Both the position numbers and the translations under genes were made by a program. A stretch of DNA of 51,849 nucleotides, taken from NCBI GenBank assembly GCA_937864045.1, contig CALMIF010000384.1, forward strand, positions 1-51,849, in the 5' to 3' direction. This document shows positions 18,393 through 27,081 of the stretch, one piece after another. Position 1 is the stretch's first letter; the number at the start of each line of letters is the position of its first letter. Source of the DNA: an uncultured Aquabacterium sp. Its GTDB lineage: Bacteria > Pseudomonadota > Gammaproteobacteria > Burkholderiales > Burkholderiaceae_C. The notes beneath the pieces were generated by a model. That model saw nothing but the letters and a program-made list of their open reading frames with translations. It did not search any database and was not told where the DNA came from.

Positions 18393-20881
18393 TCGAGGCG
18401 GACGCAGCGGCCTGGGCCTGGTTCTCCACGATGGTGCTGGCCAGCGTGATGGCGGGCCTGGCATTGGCCGGTTGCCTGCCGCTGGCGCTGTCCGACCGCA
18501 CAGCCGGGCTGCGGCGCGCCATCGGCGTGGCGCTGTCGCCGTTCCTGCTGGGCCTGGCCTCGGTCATCACGCTGGCGGTGGCGCGCGGCGCGTCGGTGCC
18601 GGCGCAGCGCTTCGCCATCCTGGGCGTGCTCGCGGGCGTGATCCTGCTGTGCCTGGCGTTGTGGCGCCTGCCGGGTTCGTTCAGCGCGCGCCCAAGCCTG
18701 GCGACGCCATCGGCAGGCGCCGCACCGACGGCGCCCTGGACCGTCCTGGACCTGCTGCTCGCGGCGATCATCGCCGCGGCGGCCGCGGTGCTGCTGGTGC
18801 ATGCGCTGATGATGCCGCTGACGCAGAACGATTCGCTGGAGTACGTGCTGGCAGCGCGCCGGCTCTACGACACGCGCGATCTCGCCGCCTACCCGCCCAT
18901 CGACAGTGCGGCCGACCCGCTCGGCTTCTACGGTCCGTGGACGCATCCGCCGCTGTATCCGGCGCTGATCCATGCGTCGATGCTGTGCGACGGTGCCATC
19001 TGGATGCCCGGCCTGATGCGCCTGATCTCGCCCTGGGCGCTGCTGGCCTGCACCGGCCTGGTGGGCGCGCTGGGCGGGCAGGCCGGACGCCGCGCCGGGC
19101 TGGCGGCTGCAGCCCTGTGCTTGACCACGCCGCTGCTGATGCTGGGCGCCGACTCCGCCTTGCTCGATGCGCTGTCGGCCACGGCCTGCGCCCTGATGAT
19201 CGCGATGCTCGTGACGCTCGACTGGCGGCGCCCGGTGGCCGCGCCGCTGGCGGCCGGCGCGGTGCTGGGCATCGTCATCTGGGCCCATTCGCAGATGGTG
19301 CTGCTGGCGCTGATCGTGGCCTGTGCCGCGGTGCTGCTGGGTGGCCTGCGGGGCGCGCGCGGCCTGCGCGATGCCGGGTGGATGCTGGCAATTGCGCTGG
19401 CGATCAGCGTCTGGCCATTCCTTGCCAATCTCGAGCGCACGGGATCGGTCATCAGCGACAACCCGGCGGTGTTCGCGCTGGCCCAGCAGGACTGGCCGGG
19501 ATACTTTCGCGCCTCGCGCGACCTTTCCACGCTGGTGTCGCGCATCCAGTACGGGGTCTTCAAGGGCTGGCATGCGCTCGAGGCCTACGGCTTGGTGTTC
19601 TGGGTGATGCTGGGTGCCTGGTGGCTGGCGCTGCGGCGGCTGGTTCAGGCGCTGCGCCACGATCCATGGGCCCCGCTGCCTGCGCGCGACCCCGCGACCG
19701 TCGGCGCACTGGTGTTCAGCGTCTACTTCGGCGGCATGTGCCTCTCGCTGGTCGTCGGCGTCGACCTGATGATCAAGACCGAGCGCTACCTGCTGATGAC
19801 GATTCCGGCGGTGGCGCTGCTGGCCGGCCACGGGCTGGCCGCCGCCGCCACACTGCCGCCGCGCCCGGCGCTGTTTCGTCGTCTGCTCGCGGCTGCAGCG
19901 GTCCTGCCGGTGATCTTCATGGCGCTGCAGGTGGCGGCCATGTCGCAGTACCGGCTGGGCATGTTCGCGATCGGGCCGTCGCAGTTGCTGATGCCCCTGG
20001 AAGACAAGCTGGCGCGCTTTGCGCCCTGGCAGGCAACCCGGTACCTGCGCGAGCACACGCCGCCCGAGGCGCTGGTGTTCAGCCTGAAGCCCTCGGACAT
20101 GCTGTACGCGAGGCGGCGCATGCTGAGCTACCTCGACCCGGTGCTGCTGCCAGCCTATGCCGAGACCGACGCTGCGGCGATGAGCGCCCGGCTGGCGGCG
20201 CTGGGCGTCAGCCATGTGCATGCGCCGGACTATCCGCTGCCTCCGCTGTACCACTCTGCGCTGCAGCCCCTGCTCGCGGACCCCCGGCTGGCCGCCCTGG
20301 TGGCCGACTTCGGCGGGCAGCAGGTGTACGCGCTGGGCGACTCGGGCGCGCGGGTCTGTCAGGTGGCCGACCTGATGCGCACCGGCTCACCCTGGCAGCG
20401 CAGCCAGACCTGGTCCTTCGGCGGCCGCAAGCGCCTGGCAGCGGCGGACGCCGTGCATGTCGAGCCGGCCTCGCCCGCCGATGCGCAGCGGCCATTGCCG
20501 GCCTGGTTCCAGCGCGACCGGGTCACCCGCATCGTGTCCGCCCCGATGCCGCTGCGACTCGGCGCTGCCTGCGGTGAGGGCGCCGAGTGGCGGCTAGATC
20601 TGGACCTCGCCGGCAGCGGCTTTGCATCGGTGCAGGCCTTGCTGCTCGATGACCGAGGCGGGGTCCGCGAAGAGCTCAGCCTGGGCGGCATTCCGGTGGC
20701 GGCACAAGGCACCACCCGCTGGCAGCGTCGTCTGCTGATCCCCGAGGGCGTGGCCGCGGTCCGCTGGGTGGTCGAACACCGCGGCACCGCCCGCATCGGC
20801 GTGGTCACGGCGTCGGCGTCTAGAATTGTGGGTACTTCCCAGGCCGGCCCGCGACAGTCTTCCGGGCCAGGCGCCCGTTAA
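18389..20881 (+). CDS. Large polytopic membrane protein, GT-C-like glycosyltransferase candidate, paralog 2
   Basis: ATG overlaps the upstream TGA; PLTQNDSLEY, GPWTHPPLY, WAHSQ, GVDLMIKTERYL; collinear with 11296-13725. Confidence 0.7.
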   Translation: MIEADAAAWAWFSTMVLASVMAGLALAGCLPLALSDRTAGLRRAIGVALSPFLLGLASVITLAVARGASVPAQRFAILGVLAGVILLCLALWRLPGSFSARPSLATPSAGAAPTAPWTVLDLLLAAIIAAAAAVLLVHALMMPLTQNDSLEYVLAARRLYDTRDLAAYPPIDSAADPLGFYGPWTHPPLYPALIHASMLCDGAIWMPGLMRLISPWALLACTGLVGALGGQAGRRAGLAAAALCLTTPLLMLGADSALLDALSATACALMIAMLVTLDWRRPVAAPLAAGAVLGIVIWAHSQMVLLALIVACAAVLLGGLRGARGLRDAGWMLAIALAISVWPFLANLERTGSVISDNPAVFALAQQDWPGYFRASRDLSTLVSRIQYGVFKGWHALEAYGLVFWVMLGAWWLALRRLVQALRHDPWAPLPARDPATVGALVFSVYFGGMCLSLVVGVDLMIKTERYLLMTIPAVALLAGHGLAAAATLPPRPALFRRLLAAAAVLPVIFMALQVAAMSQYRLGMFAIGPSQLLMPLEDKLARFAPWQATRYLREHTPPEALVFSLKPSDMLYARRRMLSYLDPVLLPAYAETDAAAMSARLAALGVSHVHAPDYPLPPLYHSALQPLLADPRLAALVADFGGQQVYALGDSGARVCQVADLMRTGSPWQRSQTWSFGGRKRLAAADAVHVEPASPADAQRPLPAWFQRDRVTRIVSAPMPLRLGAACGEGAEWRLDLDLAGSGFASVQALLLDDRGGVREELSLGGIPVAAQGTTRWQRRLLIPEGVAAVRWVVEHRGTARIGVVTASASRIVGTSQAGPRQSSGPGAR

Positions 20882-20891
20882 GGTGTTGCGC

Positions 20892-21083
20892 ATGCCCCAG
20901 CACGACCTCCTCCAGCCCCGATTCCCGCGTGCGCCGGCCCGTTCCGCGGCAGCACTGGGCTGGTCGTCGGTCGCGCTGCGCGGCGGTCGCCCGGACCGCT
21001 GCGTGGATGCTGGAGCCGGTCCAGCGCCGGTCCTGCAGTCGCGCGACCTGTCGGCCCTGTTCTCCGCCGCGATGCGGCGCTGA
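20892..21083 (+). CDS. Possible small hypothetical protein (63 aa)
   Basis: ATG preceded by AAGGTG; fills the gap between GT-C paralog 2 and the aldo-keto reductase; no recognisable motif. Confidence 0.22.
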   Translation: MPQHDLLQPRFPRAPARSAAALGWSSVALRGGRPDRCVDAGAGPAPVLQSRDLSALFSAAMRR

Positions 21084-21095
21084 TCCTGCGCACCG

Positions 21096-22076
21096 ATGGA
21101 GCAACCCGCCGACGCCACTTTCCGGATCAACGCGCGCCCGCCGCTCTTTGCCGGTCAGCCGGATGCGCCGCAGTTCGTCTTCGGCTGCGAGCAACTCGGC
21201 GGTCACAACTGGGGCGAACTGGACATCGACGCCGTGCGCGAGGCCATCGGCGTTGCGGTCGACCGGGGTGTGGCGCTGTTCGACACGGCCGACTGCTACG
21301 GGCCCTACCTGTCCGAGGAGCGGCTGGGCCAGGCCCTGGCCGGGCTGGGTGAGCGGGTGCACATCGCCACCAAGTTCGGCGTGCGTCTGGACGACCAGGG
21401 GCGACGCCGCAACGACAGCAGCGCCGCCTGGTGCCGCCAGGCGGTGCGGGCATCGTTGCGGCGCCTGGGCGTGGAGCGCATCGCGCTGTACCAGCTGCAC
21501 TGCCACGATGGCCACACGCCGATCGAAGAGACCTTGCAGGCGCTTGCCGACCTGAAGTCCGAGGGACTGATCGCTGCCTCGGGCGTGTGCAACCTAGGCG
21601 CGCAGGCGCTGACCCCGGCGCAGTGGCGGGCCTGCGCCACGCTGCAGGCCGAGTTGAGCCTGCTTGCCCCGCACCAGGTGGCGACGGTGCGCGAGGTCTG
21701 CGACCAGGGCGTGCAGTTCCTGGCCTATGGAGTGCTGGCGCAGGGCCTGCTGTCGGGCCGCTACGGCGCTGACACCCGGTTTGCCGCGAACGACCGGCGC
21801 GCCATGCCGAGATACCACAACTTCCATGGTCAGCGGCTGCAGGCCGCGCTGGCGTTGGTGGACACGCTCCGGCGCGAGGCGGACGGATTCGGATGCTCGC
21901 CGGGCATGCTCGCGATCGCCTGGGCGCGCGCGGTGCATCCCAACGTCTGGCCGATCGTCGGCATCAAGCGCCGGTCCCATGTCGACGATGCGGTTCGCGC
22001 GCTGTCGCTGCAGGTGCCGCCCGGCGTGATCGCCAGCCTGTCCGCCGCCGCCCGCGACTTCGGAGCGTCGACATGA
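21096..22076 (+). CDS. Aldo/keto reductase
   Basis: FGCEQLGG, LFDTADCYG, SEERLG, IATKFG, SLRRLG.E.I.LYQLH, GVCN, LAQGLLSG motifs. Confidence 0.92.
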   Translation: MEQPADATFRINARPPLFAGQPDAPQFVFGCEQLGGHNWGELDIDAVREAIGVAVDRGVALFDTADCYGPYLSEERLGQALAGLGERVHIATKFGVRLDDQGRRRNDSSAAWCRQAVRASLRRLGVERIALYQLHCHDGHTPIEETLQALADLKSEGLIAASGVCNLGAQALTPAQWRACATLQAELSLLAPHQVATVREVCDQGVQFLAYGVLAQGLLSGRYGADTRFAANDRRAMPRYHNFHGQRLQAALALVDTLRREADGFGCSPGMLAIAWARAVHPNVWPIVGIKRRSHVDDAVRALSLQVPPGVIASLSAAARDFGAST

Positions 22077-22873
22077 CCCCGAGCCGCTGGGCGCTGCACC
22101 CGGGCAAGCGGGTGATCGACGTGCTTCTCGCCAGCGTGTCGATCCTGGTCACCGCACCGCTCATGCTGCTGGGCGTGCTGGCCGTCTTTGCGGGTGATTT
22201 CCGCAATCCGATGTATGTCTCCGAGCGCATCGGCCGCGGTGGCCGGCCGTTCCGCCTGTTCAAGATCCGCACCATGGTCGTCGACGCGGCGGCCAGCGGC
22301 GTCGACACCACCGCCAGTGGCGATCCGCGCATCACCCGCGCCGGGCAATGGCTGCGGCGCACCAAGATCGACGAGCTGCCGCAGTTCTTCAACGTGCTGC
22401 TCGGCGACATGTCGCTGATCGGGCCGAGGCCCAACGTGCGCCGTGAATGCGAGCGCTACACCCCGCTGGAGCGGCAGATGCTGGACGTGCGACCGGGCCT
22501 CACCGACTACGCGTCCATCGTCTTCGCGGACCTGGCCGAGGCCGTGCCGGCGGGCATCGATCCGAACCTGGCCTACAACCAGTACGTGCGGCCGCTGAAG
22601 AGCCGGCTGGCACTGCACTACGTGCGCACCGCCAGCCTGGCCAGCGACGCGGCACTGTTCGTCCTGACGCTGCGCAACGCGCTGTCGCGCGAGCGCACCC
22701 TGGCTGCGGTGCTGGAATGGCTGCGGCGTACCGGTGCCGATGCCGACCTGATCGAGCGCTCGAGCCGCGACCGTCCCTTGACCCCCTGGGCGCCGCCGGG
22801 GGCCGACCGCGCCGTCGTCGCGGCCGACCTGGACTCCCTGCGCAAGCGCACCGTCGAATCCATCCCACCATGA
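22073..22873 (+). CDS. Phosphoglycosyl transferase (bacterial sugar transferase), second copy
   Basis: KRVID, FKIRTM, DPRITRAG, KIDELPQFFNVL.GDMSLIGPRP, RPGLTD; ATGA overlaps at both ends. Confidence 0.92.
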   Translation: MTPSRWALHPGKRVIDVLLASVSILVTAPLMLLGVLAVFAGDFRNPMYVSERIGRGGRPFRLFKIRTMVVDAAASGVDTTASGDPRITRAGQWLRRTKIDELPQFFNVLLGDMSLIGPRPNVRRECERYTPLERQMLDVRPGLTDYASIVFADLAEAVPAGIDPNLAYNQYVRPLKSRLALHYVRTASLASDAALFVLTLRNALSRERTLAAVLEWLRRTGADADLIERSSRDRPLTPWAPPGADRAVVAADLDSLRKRTVESIPP

Positions 22874-23916
22874 CCGCCAACACCCTCGGAACGCTGGCCC
22901 AGCCCGACGCGCACGCAGCGCCCATCGACATCACTGGCGAAGCGCCGGCGCAGCTGCTGGCGCAGTTGCGCAAGCTTCTGCTGATCCGGCTCGTCGAGCA
23001 GAAGCTGGCCGATCGCCGCAAGGCGGGCGCCATCGGCGGGCCGGTGCACCTCGGGGTCGGCCAGGAAGCGGTGGCTGCCGGCGTGTCGCTGCACCTGCGG
23101 TCCAGCGATCGCGTGTTCGGCGCGCACCGGTCGCATGCCCACCTGCTGGCACTGGGCAGCGACGTTCGCCGCCTGTTCGCTGAAGTGCTGGGGCGCGACA
23201 CCGGTCTGTCACGCGGCATGGGCGGCTCGATGCACCTGTGGGACCAGCCGCGCGGCTTCTATGGTTCGGTGCCGATCGTCGCCGGCACCGTGCCGCTGGC
23301 TGTCGGCGCCGCGCTGGCGGCGCAGTTGCAGGGCGTGAGCGACGTGGCGGTGGCCTACCTGGGCGACGGAGCGGTGGAAGAGGGCGTGGTGCACGAGTCC
23401 CTCAACCTGGCGAGCAGGATGAAGCTGCCGGTGGTCTTCGTCGTCGAAAACAACCTGTTCGCCAGCCACATGCACATCTCGCTGCGGCAGCCTGACGATG
23501 GAACGGTGCGCTTCGCGCATGCCAACTGCATGGCGTCCGCGCTGGTCGACGGCAACGATGTCGTGGCGGTGGCCCGTGCCGCCGGCCGCCTGGTGGCCGA
23601 TGCGCGGGCCGGTGGCGGCCCCGGGTTCCTCGAGGCGGTGACCTACCGCTGGCTCGGGCATGTGGACTGGCGCGACGACATCGATGTCGGCGTGCAGCGG
23701 TCGGCAGATGAGGTGGCGCAGTGGCGTCTGCGCGATCCTGTGGCACGCCTGGAGGCCGCGCTCCGATCCGGCGGCCACTGGAGTGATGCGCAGGGTGCCG
23801 CGCTGCGCGATGACCTGCAGGCCCATGTCGACGCGGCCTGGGAGCAGGCCATGGCGGATCCGGTGCCTCCTCCATCCGCGCTGATGTCGCGCGTCTATGC
23901 CGGCCAGGGTCAATGA
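22870..23916 (+). CDS. Thiamine-diphosphate-dependent dehydrogenase E1 alpha-like subunit
   Basis: HLGVGQEA, HRSHAH, RGMGGSMH, GDGA..EG...E..N ThDP motif, ENN, DGNDV, TYRWLGH. Confidence 0.92.
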   Translation: MTANTLGTLAQPDAHAAPIDITGEAPAQLLAQLRKLLLIRLVEQKLADRRKAGAIGGPVHLGVGQEAVAAGVSLHLRSSDRVFGAHRSHAHLLALGSDVRRLFAEVLGRDTGLSRGMGGSMHLWDQPRGFYGSVPIVAGTVPLAVGAALAAQLQGVSDVAVAYLGDGAVEEGVVHESLNLASRMKLPVVFVVENNLFASHMHISLRQPDDGTVRFAHANCMASALVDGNDVVAVARAAGRLVADARAGGGPGFLEAVTYRWLGHVDWRDDIDVGVQRSADEVAQWRLRDPVARLEAALRSGGHWSDAQGAALRDDLQAHVDAAWEQAMADPVPPPSALMSRVYAGQGQ

Positions 23917-24911
23917 TGAGCATGAACGACACCACACCGCTGAACTACGGCACCGCCATCCTGTCGGCATTCGAGCACCTGTTGGGCAAGTACCCGGAGG
24001 TGTTCGTCATCGGCCAGGGCCTGTGGAGCCCCTGGTATGTCGGCAACTCCATGACCGCACTGGACGTGAAGTTCGGCACCCGGCGCGTCATCGATACGCC
24101 CGTGTCCGAATCGGCCTGCACCGGGGCGGCGGTGGGCGCGGCGCTGGCCGGCATGAAGCCGATCGTGGTGCACCCGCGGATGGACTTCATGCTCTATGCG
24201 ATGGATGCCATCGTCAACCAGGCGGCCAAGTGGTCGCACATGGTCGGGGGACAGGCGCACCCCGGGCTCACCGTGCGCGGCATCATCAACCGCGGTGGCG
24301 AGCAGGGCGCCCAGCACTCACAGGCACTGCACGCCTGGTTCGCGCACGTGCCCGGCTTGCGCGTCGTGATGCCGGCGACGGTGGCCGATGCGCGGGACCT
24401 GCTCGTCGCGTCGGTCCTGAGTCCGGATCCGGTGGTCTACATCGACGACAGGTGGTTGTACGACCTGACCGACGACCTGCCGCCGATCTTCGAACTCGAT
24501 CTCGCCGCGCAGGGCCCGCGCGTGCTGACGCCGGGCGACGATGTCACGCTGGTGTCGGCAGGCTTCAGCACGCGCCTGGCGCTGCAGGCGCGCGAGGCGC
24601 TTGCCTCCGAGGGCATCTCGGCCGAAGTGGTCGATCTGCGCGTGCTCAATCCGCTCAAGCCACAGGCGGTCGTGGACTCGGTGCGCAAGACGGGACGCCT
24701 GGTTGCGGTCGATGGCGGCTGGCGCACCTGCGGCATGGCCGCCGAAGTGCTGGCCTGCGCGGTCGAGGGCCTGCCGCCTGGCGCATGGAAGGCTGCACCG
24801 GTGCGGGTGACGTTGCCGGATGCGCCAGCACCCTCGGCCCGGGCCCTGGAGCGCGCTTACTATCCGCAGCTGCACGATCTGGTTGCAGCCGTGCGCGGCC
24901 AGATGGGCTGA
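23913..24911 (+). CDS. E1 beta-like subunit (transketolase pyrimidine-binding and C-terminal domains)
   Basis: RVIDTPVSE, NQAAK, GAQHSQ, VPGLRVV.P, EVVDLR.LNPL, SVRKTGRL. Confidence 0.92.
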   Translation: MMSMNDTTPLNYGTAILSAFEHLLGKYPEVFVIGQGLWSPWYVGNSMTALDVKFGTRRVIDTPVSESACTGAAVGAALAGMKPIVVHPRMDFMLYAMDAIVNQAAKWSHMVGGQAHPGLTVRGIINRGGEQGAQHSQALHAWFAHVPGLRVVMPATVADARDLLVASVLSPDPVVYIDDRWLYDLTDDLPPIFELDLAAQGPRVLTPGDDVTLVSAGFSTRLALQAREALASEGISAEVVDLRVLNPLKPQAVVDSVRKTGRLVAVDGGWRTCGMAAEVLACAVEGLPPGAWKAAPVRVTLPDAPAPSARALERAYYPQLHDLVAAVRGQMG

Positions 24912-24934
24912 ACCCTGCGACGACGCATCCACCC

Positions 24935-27007
24935 ATGCTGAGGCGATTTCTCCACACTCCGCTGCACGCCCGCGCTCTCAAGCGCCCCGTCGCCATCGCT
25001 GTCGATGGCCTGATGTTGCTGGCTGCGACGTGGCTCGCGTTCTCCGTGCGGCTGGAGGGGTTCCATCGTCCGCAGGGCATGGAGTGGGCGGCCTACGGGC
25101 TGTCGCTCGCGCTGGCGCTGCCCGCGTTCGGCGTCGTGGGGCTCTACCGCTCCATCGTTCGCTTCTCCGGTGTCGCCACGTTCCTGGCGATCGCCAAGGG
25201 GGTCGGGCTCTATGCGCTTGTGTTCTCGGCCTTGCTGCTGGGTCTGCGCCTCGACGGTGTTCCCCGTTCTCTCAGCATCATCCAGCCGTTGCTGGCGCTG
25301 CTGTTCGTGGCCAGCTGGCGCCTGGCCGTGCGCGTCTGGTACGGGCGCAGCACGCCGCGCCATGGTCGTGCGCCGAGGCGGCGCGTGGCCATCTATGGCG
25401 CGGGAGGCGCCGGGCGCCGGCTGCTGGCTGCCTTGCAGAACAGCCACGAGATGATCGTCGTCGCCTTCCTCGACGATCAGCCGCAGTTGCGCCGCAGCCT
25501 GATCAACGGCGTCACCATCTTCGATCCGCATGACCTGCCCGACCTGGTCCGGCGCGGACAGGTCGATGCTGTGCTGCTCGCGATCCCGTCGCTCTCGCGC
25601 AAGCGCCGCAACGAGATCCTGGACGACCTGCGCGCCAGCGGTGTCCATGTCCGCACCCTGCCTGGTTTGATCGACCTGGCGAAGGGGACCGTTCGCGCCA
25701 GCGATCTGCGCGAACTGGACATCGAGGACCTGCTGGGCCGCGACCCGGTGCAACCTCGCTCCGACCTGATGGCCCGTCACACCTCCGGCAAGGTGGTGCT
25801 GGTCACGGGCGCTGGCGGCTCGATCGGCAGTGAGCTCTGTCGCCAGCTGGCCGCACTGCACCCTGATCGGCTGGTGCTGGTGGAGCAGAGCGAGTTCGCG
25901 CTGTACTGCATCCATCAGGAACTGCTCGGCCGCATGGGCGATGGCACGCTGCCCCGGTGCGCGCTGGAGCCGGTGTTGTGCTCGGTGCGGGACACGGCGC
26001 GCATCGGCGCAGTCATGCGCCGCTGGCGGCCACACATCGTCTACCACGCAGCCGCCTACAAGCATGTGCCGCTGGTGGAGTGCAATGTCGTCGAAGGTGT
26101 GGCCAACAACGTGCTGGGCACGTGGCTGACCGCGCAGGCCGCGTGCGACGCAGGCGTTCCCCGGTTCGTGCTGATCAGCACGGACAAGGCCGTGCGGCCG
26201 AGCAATGTCATGGGCGCCAGCAAGCGCATGGCCGAGATGGTGCTGCAGGCGATGGCCACGCAGGCAGCCGAGGCCGTGCGGACCGACGGGAAAGCCGTTG
26301 CCACCACCTGCTTCTCGATGGTGCGGTTCGGCAACGTGCTCGGTTCGTCGGGATCGGTCGTGCCGCTGTTTCGCCAGCAGATCCGCAACGGCGGTCCGAT
26401 CACGGTCACCCACCCGGACGTCACCCGCTTCTTCATGACGATCCCGGAGGCTGCGCAGCTGGTGGTGCAGGCTGGCGCCATGGCCCAAGGTGGCGAGGTG
26501 TTCGTCCTGGACATGGGCCAGCCGGTCCGGATCATCGATCTGGCCCGCCGCATGGTCGAACTGTCGGGCCTGACCGTCCGCGATGCCGAAAGCCTGTCTG
26601 GCGATATCGAGATCACCGTGACCGGCTTGCGACCCGGCGAAAAGCTCTATGAGGAACTGCTGATCGGCGACAACCCGCTGCCGACCGACCATCCGCGCAT
26701 CATGATGGCGCGCGAGGGCTTCCTGCCGTTCGCCGAGTTGCACCGCCATCTCCTGAACCTGCAGGCGCTGACCGCCGAGGGCGACGCGGCGGCTGTGGTC
26801 GGCCTGCTGCGCCAGTTGGTCAACGGCTACGTGCCGCCCGCCGGCGAATGGACGGACAACGCGTCGCAGTTGCAACCGGCTGCCGAGTTCGGTTCCGGAG
26901 GTGCCAAGGCGGCGGGGCCTGCAGCCGCTGTCACATCGACCGCCGCGGCGTCGGCATCCAACGGAGCCAGTCAGCAGACTGTCGTGGCGCTGCGCCGGGT
27001 GGTCTGA
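24935..27007 (+). CDS. CapD/PglF/WbpM-type membrane-bound UDP-GlcNAc 4,6-dehydratase
   Basis: Four N-terminal TMs, YGAG, IEDLLGR, VTGAGGSIGSEL, HAAAYKHVP, STDKAV.P.NVMGASKR, RFGNVLGSSGSV.PLF, GLRPGEKLYEEL. Confidence 0.95.
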   Translation: MLRRFLHTPLHARALKRPVAIAVDGLMLLAATWLAFSVRLEGFHRPQGMEWAAYGLSLALALPAFGVVGLYRSIVRFSGVATFLAIAKGVGLYALVFSALLLGLRLDGVPRSLSIIQPLLALLFVASWRLAVRVWYGRSTPRHGRAPRRRVAIYGAGGAGRRLLAALQNSHEMIVVAFLDDQPQLRRSLINGVTIFDPHDLPDLVRRGQVDAVLLAIPSLSRKRRNEILDDLRASGVHVRTLPGLIDLAKGTVRASDLRELDIEDLLGRDPVQPRSDLMARHTSGKVVLVTGAGGSIGSELCRQLAALHPDRLVLVEQSEFALYCIHQELLGRMGDGTLPRCALEPVLCSVRDTARIGAVMRRWRPHIVYHAAAYKHVPLVECNVVEGVANNVLGTWLTAQAACDAGVPRFVLISTDKAVRPSNVMGASKRMAEMVLQAMATQAAEAVRTDGKAVATTCFSMVRFGNVLGSSGSVVPLFRQQIRNGGPITVTHPDVTRFFMTIPEAAQLVVQAGAMAQGGEVFVLDMGQPVRIIDLARRMVELSGLTVRDAESLSGDIEITVTGLRPGEKLYEELLIGDNPLPTDHPRIMMAREGFLPFAELHRHLLNLQALTAEGDAAAVVGLLRQLVNGYVPPAGEWTDNASQLQPAAEFGSGGAKAAGPAAAVTSTAAASASNGASQQTVVALRRVV

Positions 27008-27081
27008 GCACCCGCCCGAGCCTGGCGGTCGCCTGGCGGCAATGGGTGGGCTGGTTGCCAGCTCCGCGCCGCGAGCCTGGC

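Noticed and set aside
22870-24911. Housekeeping pyruvate or acetoin dehydrogenase
   Set aside because: No E2 or E3 gene nearby, and the pair is translationally coupled to glycan genes.
23897-24934. Apparent 1036-aa CapD ORF, and similar extensions on 10579-13725, 22447-23916, 31933-34038 and 35283-36500
   Set aside because: Stop-free alternative frames over real genes in very GC-rich DNA; the extensions are R/A/G/P-rich with no motifs.
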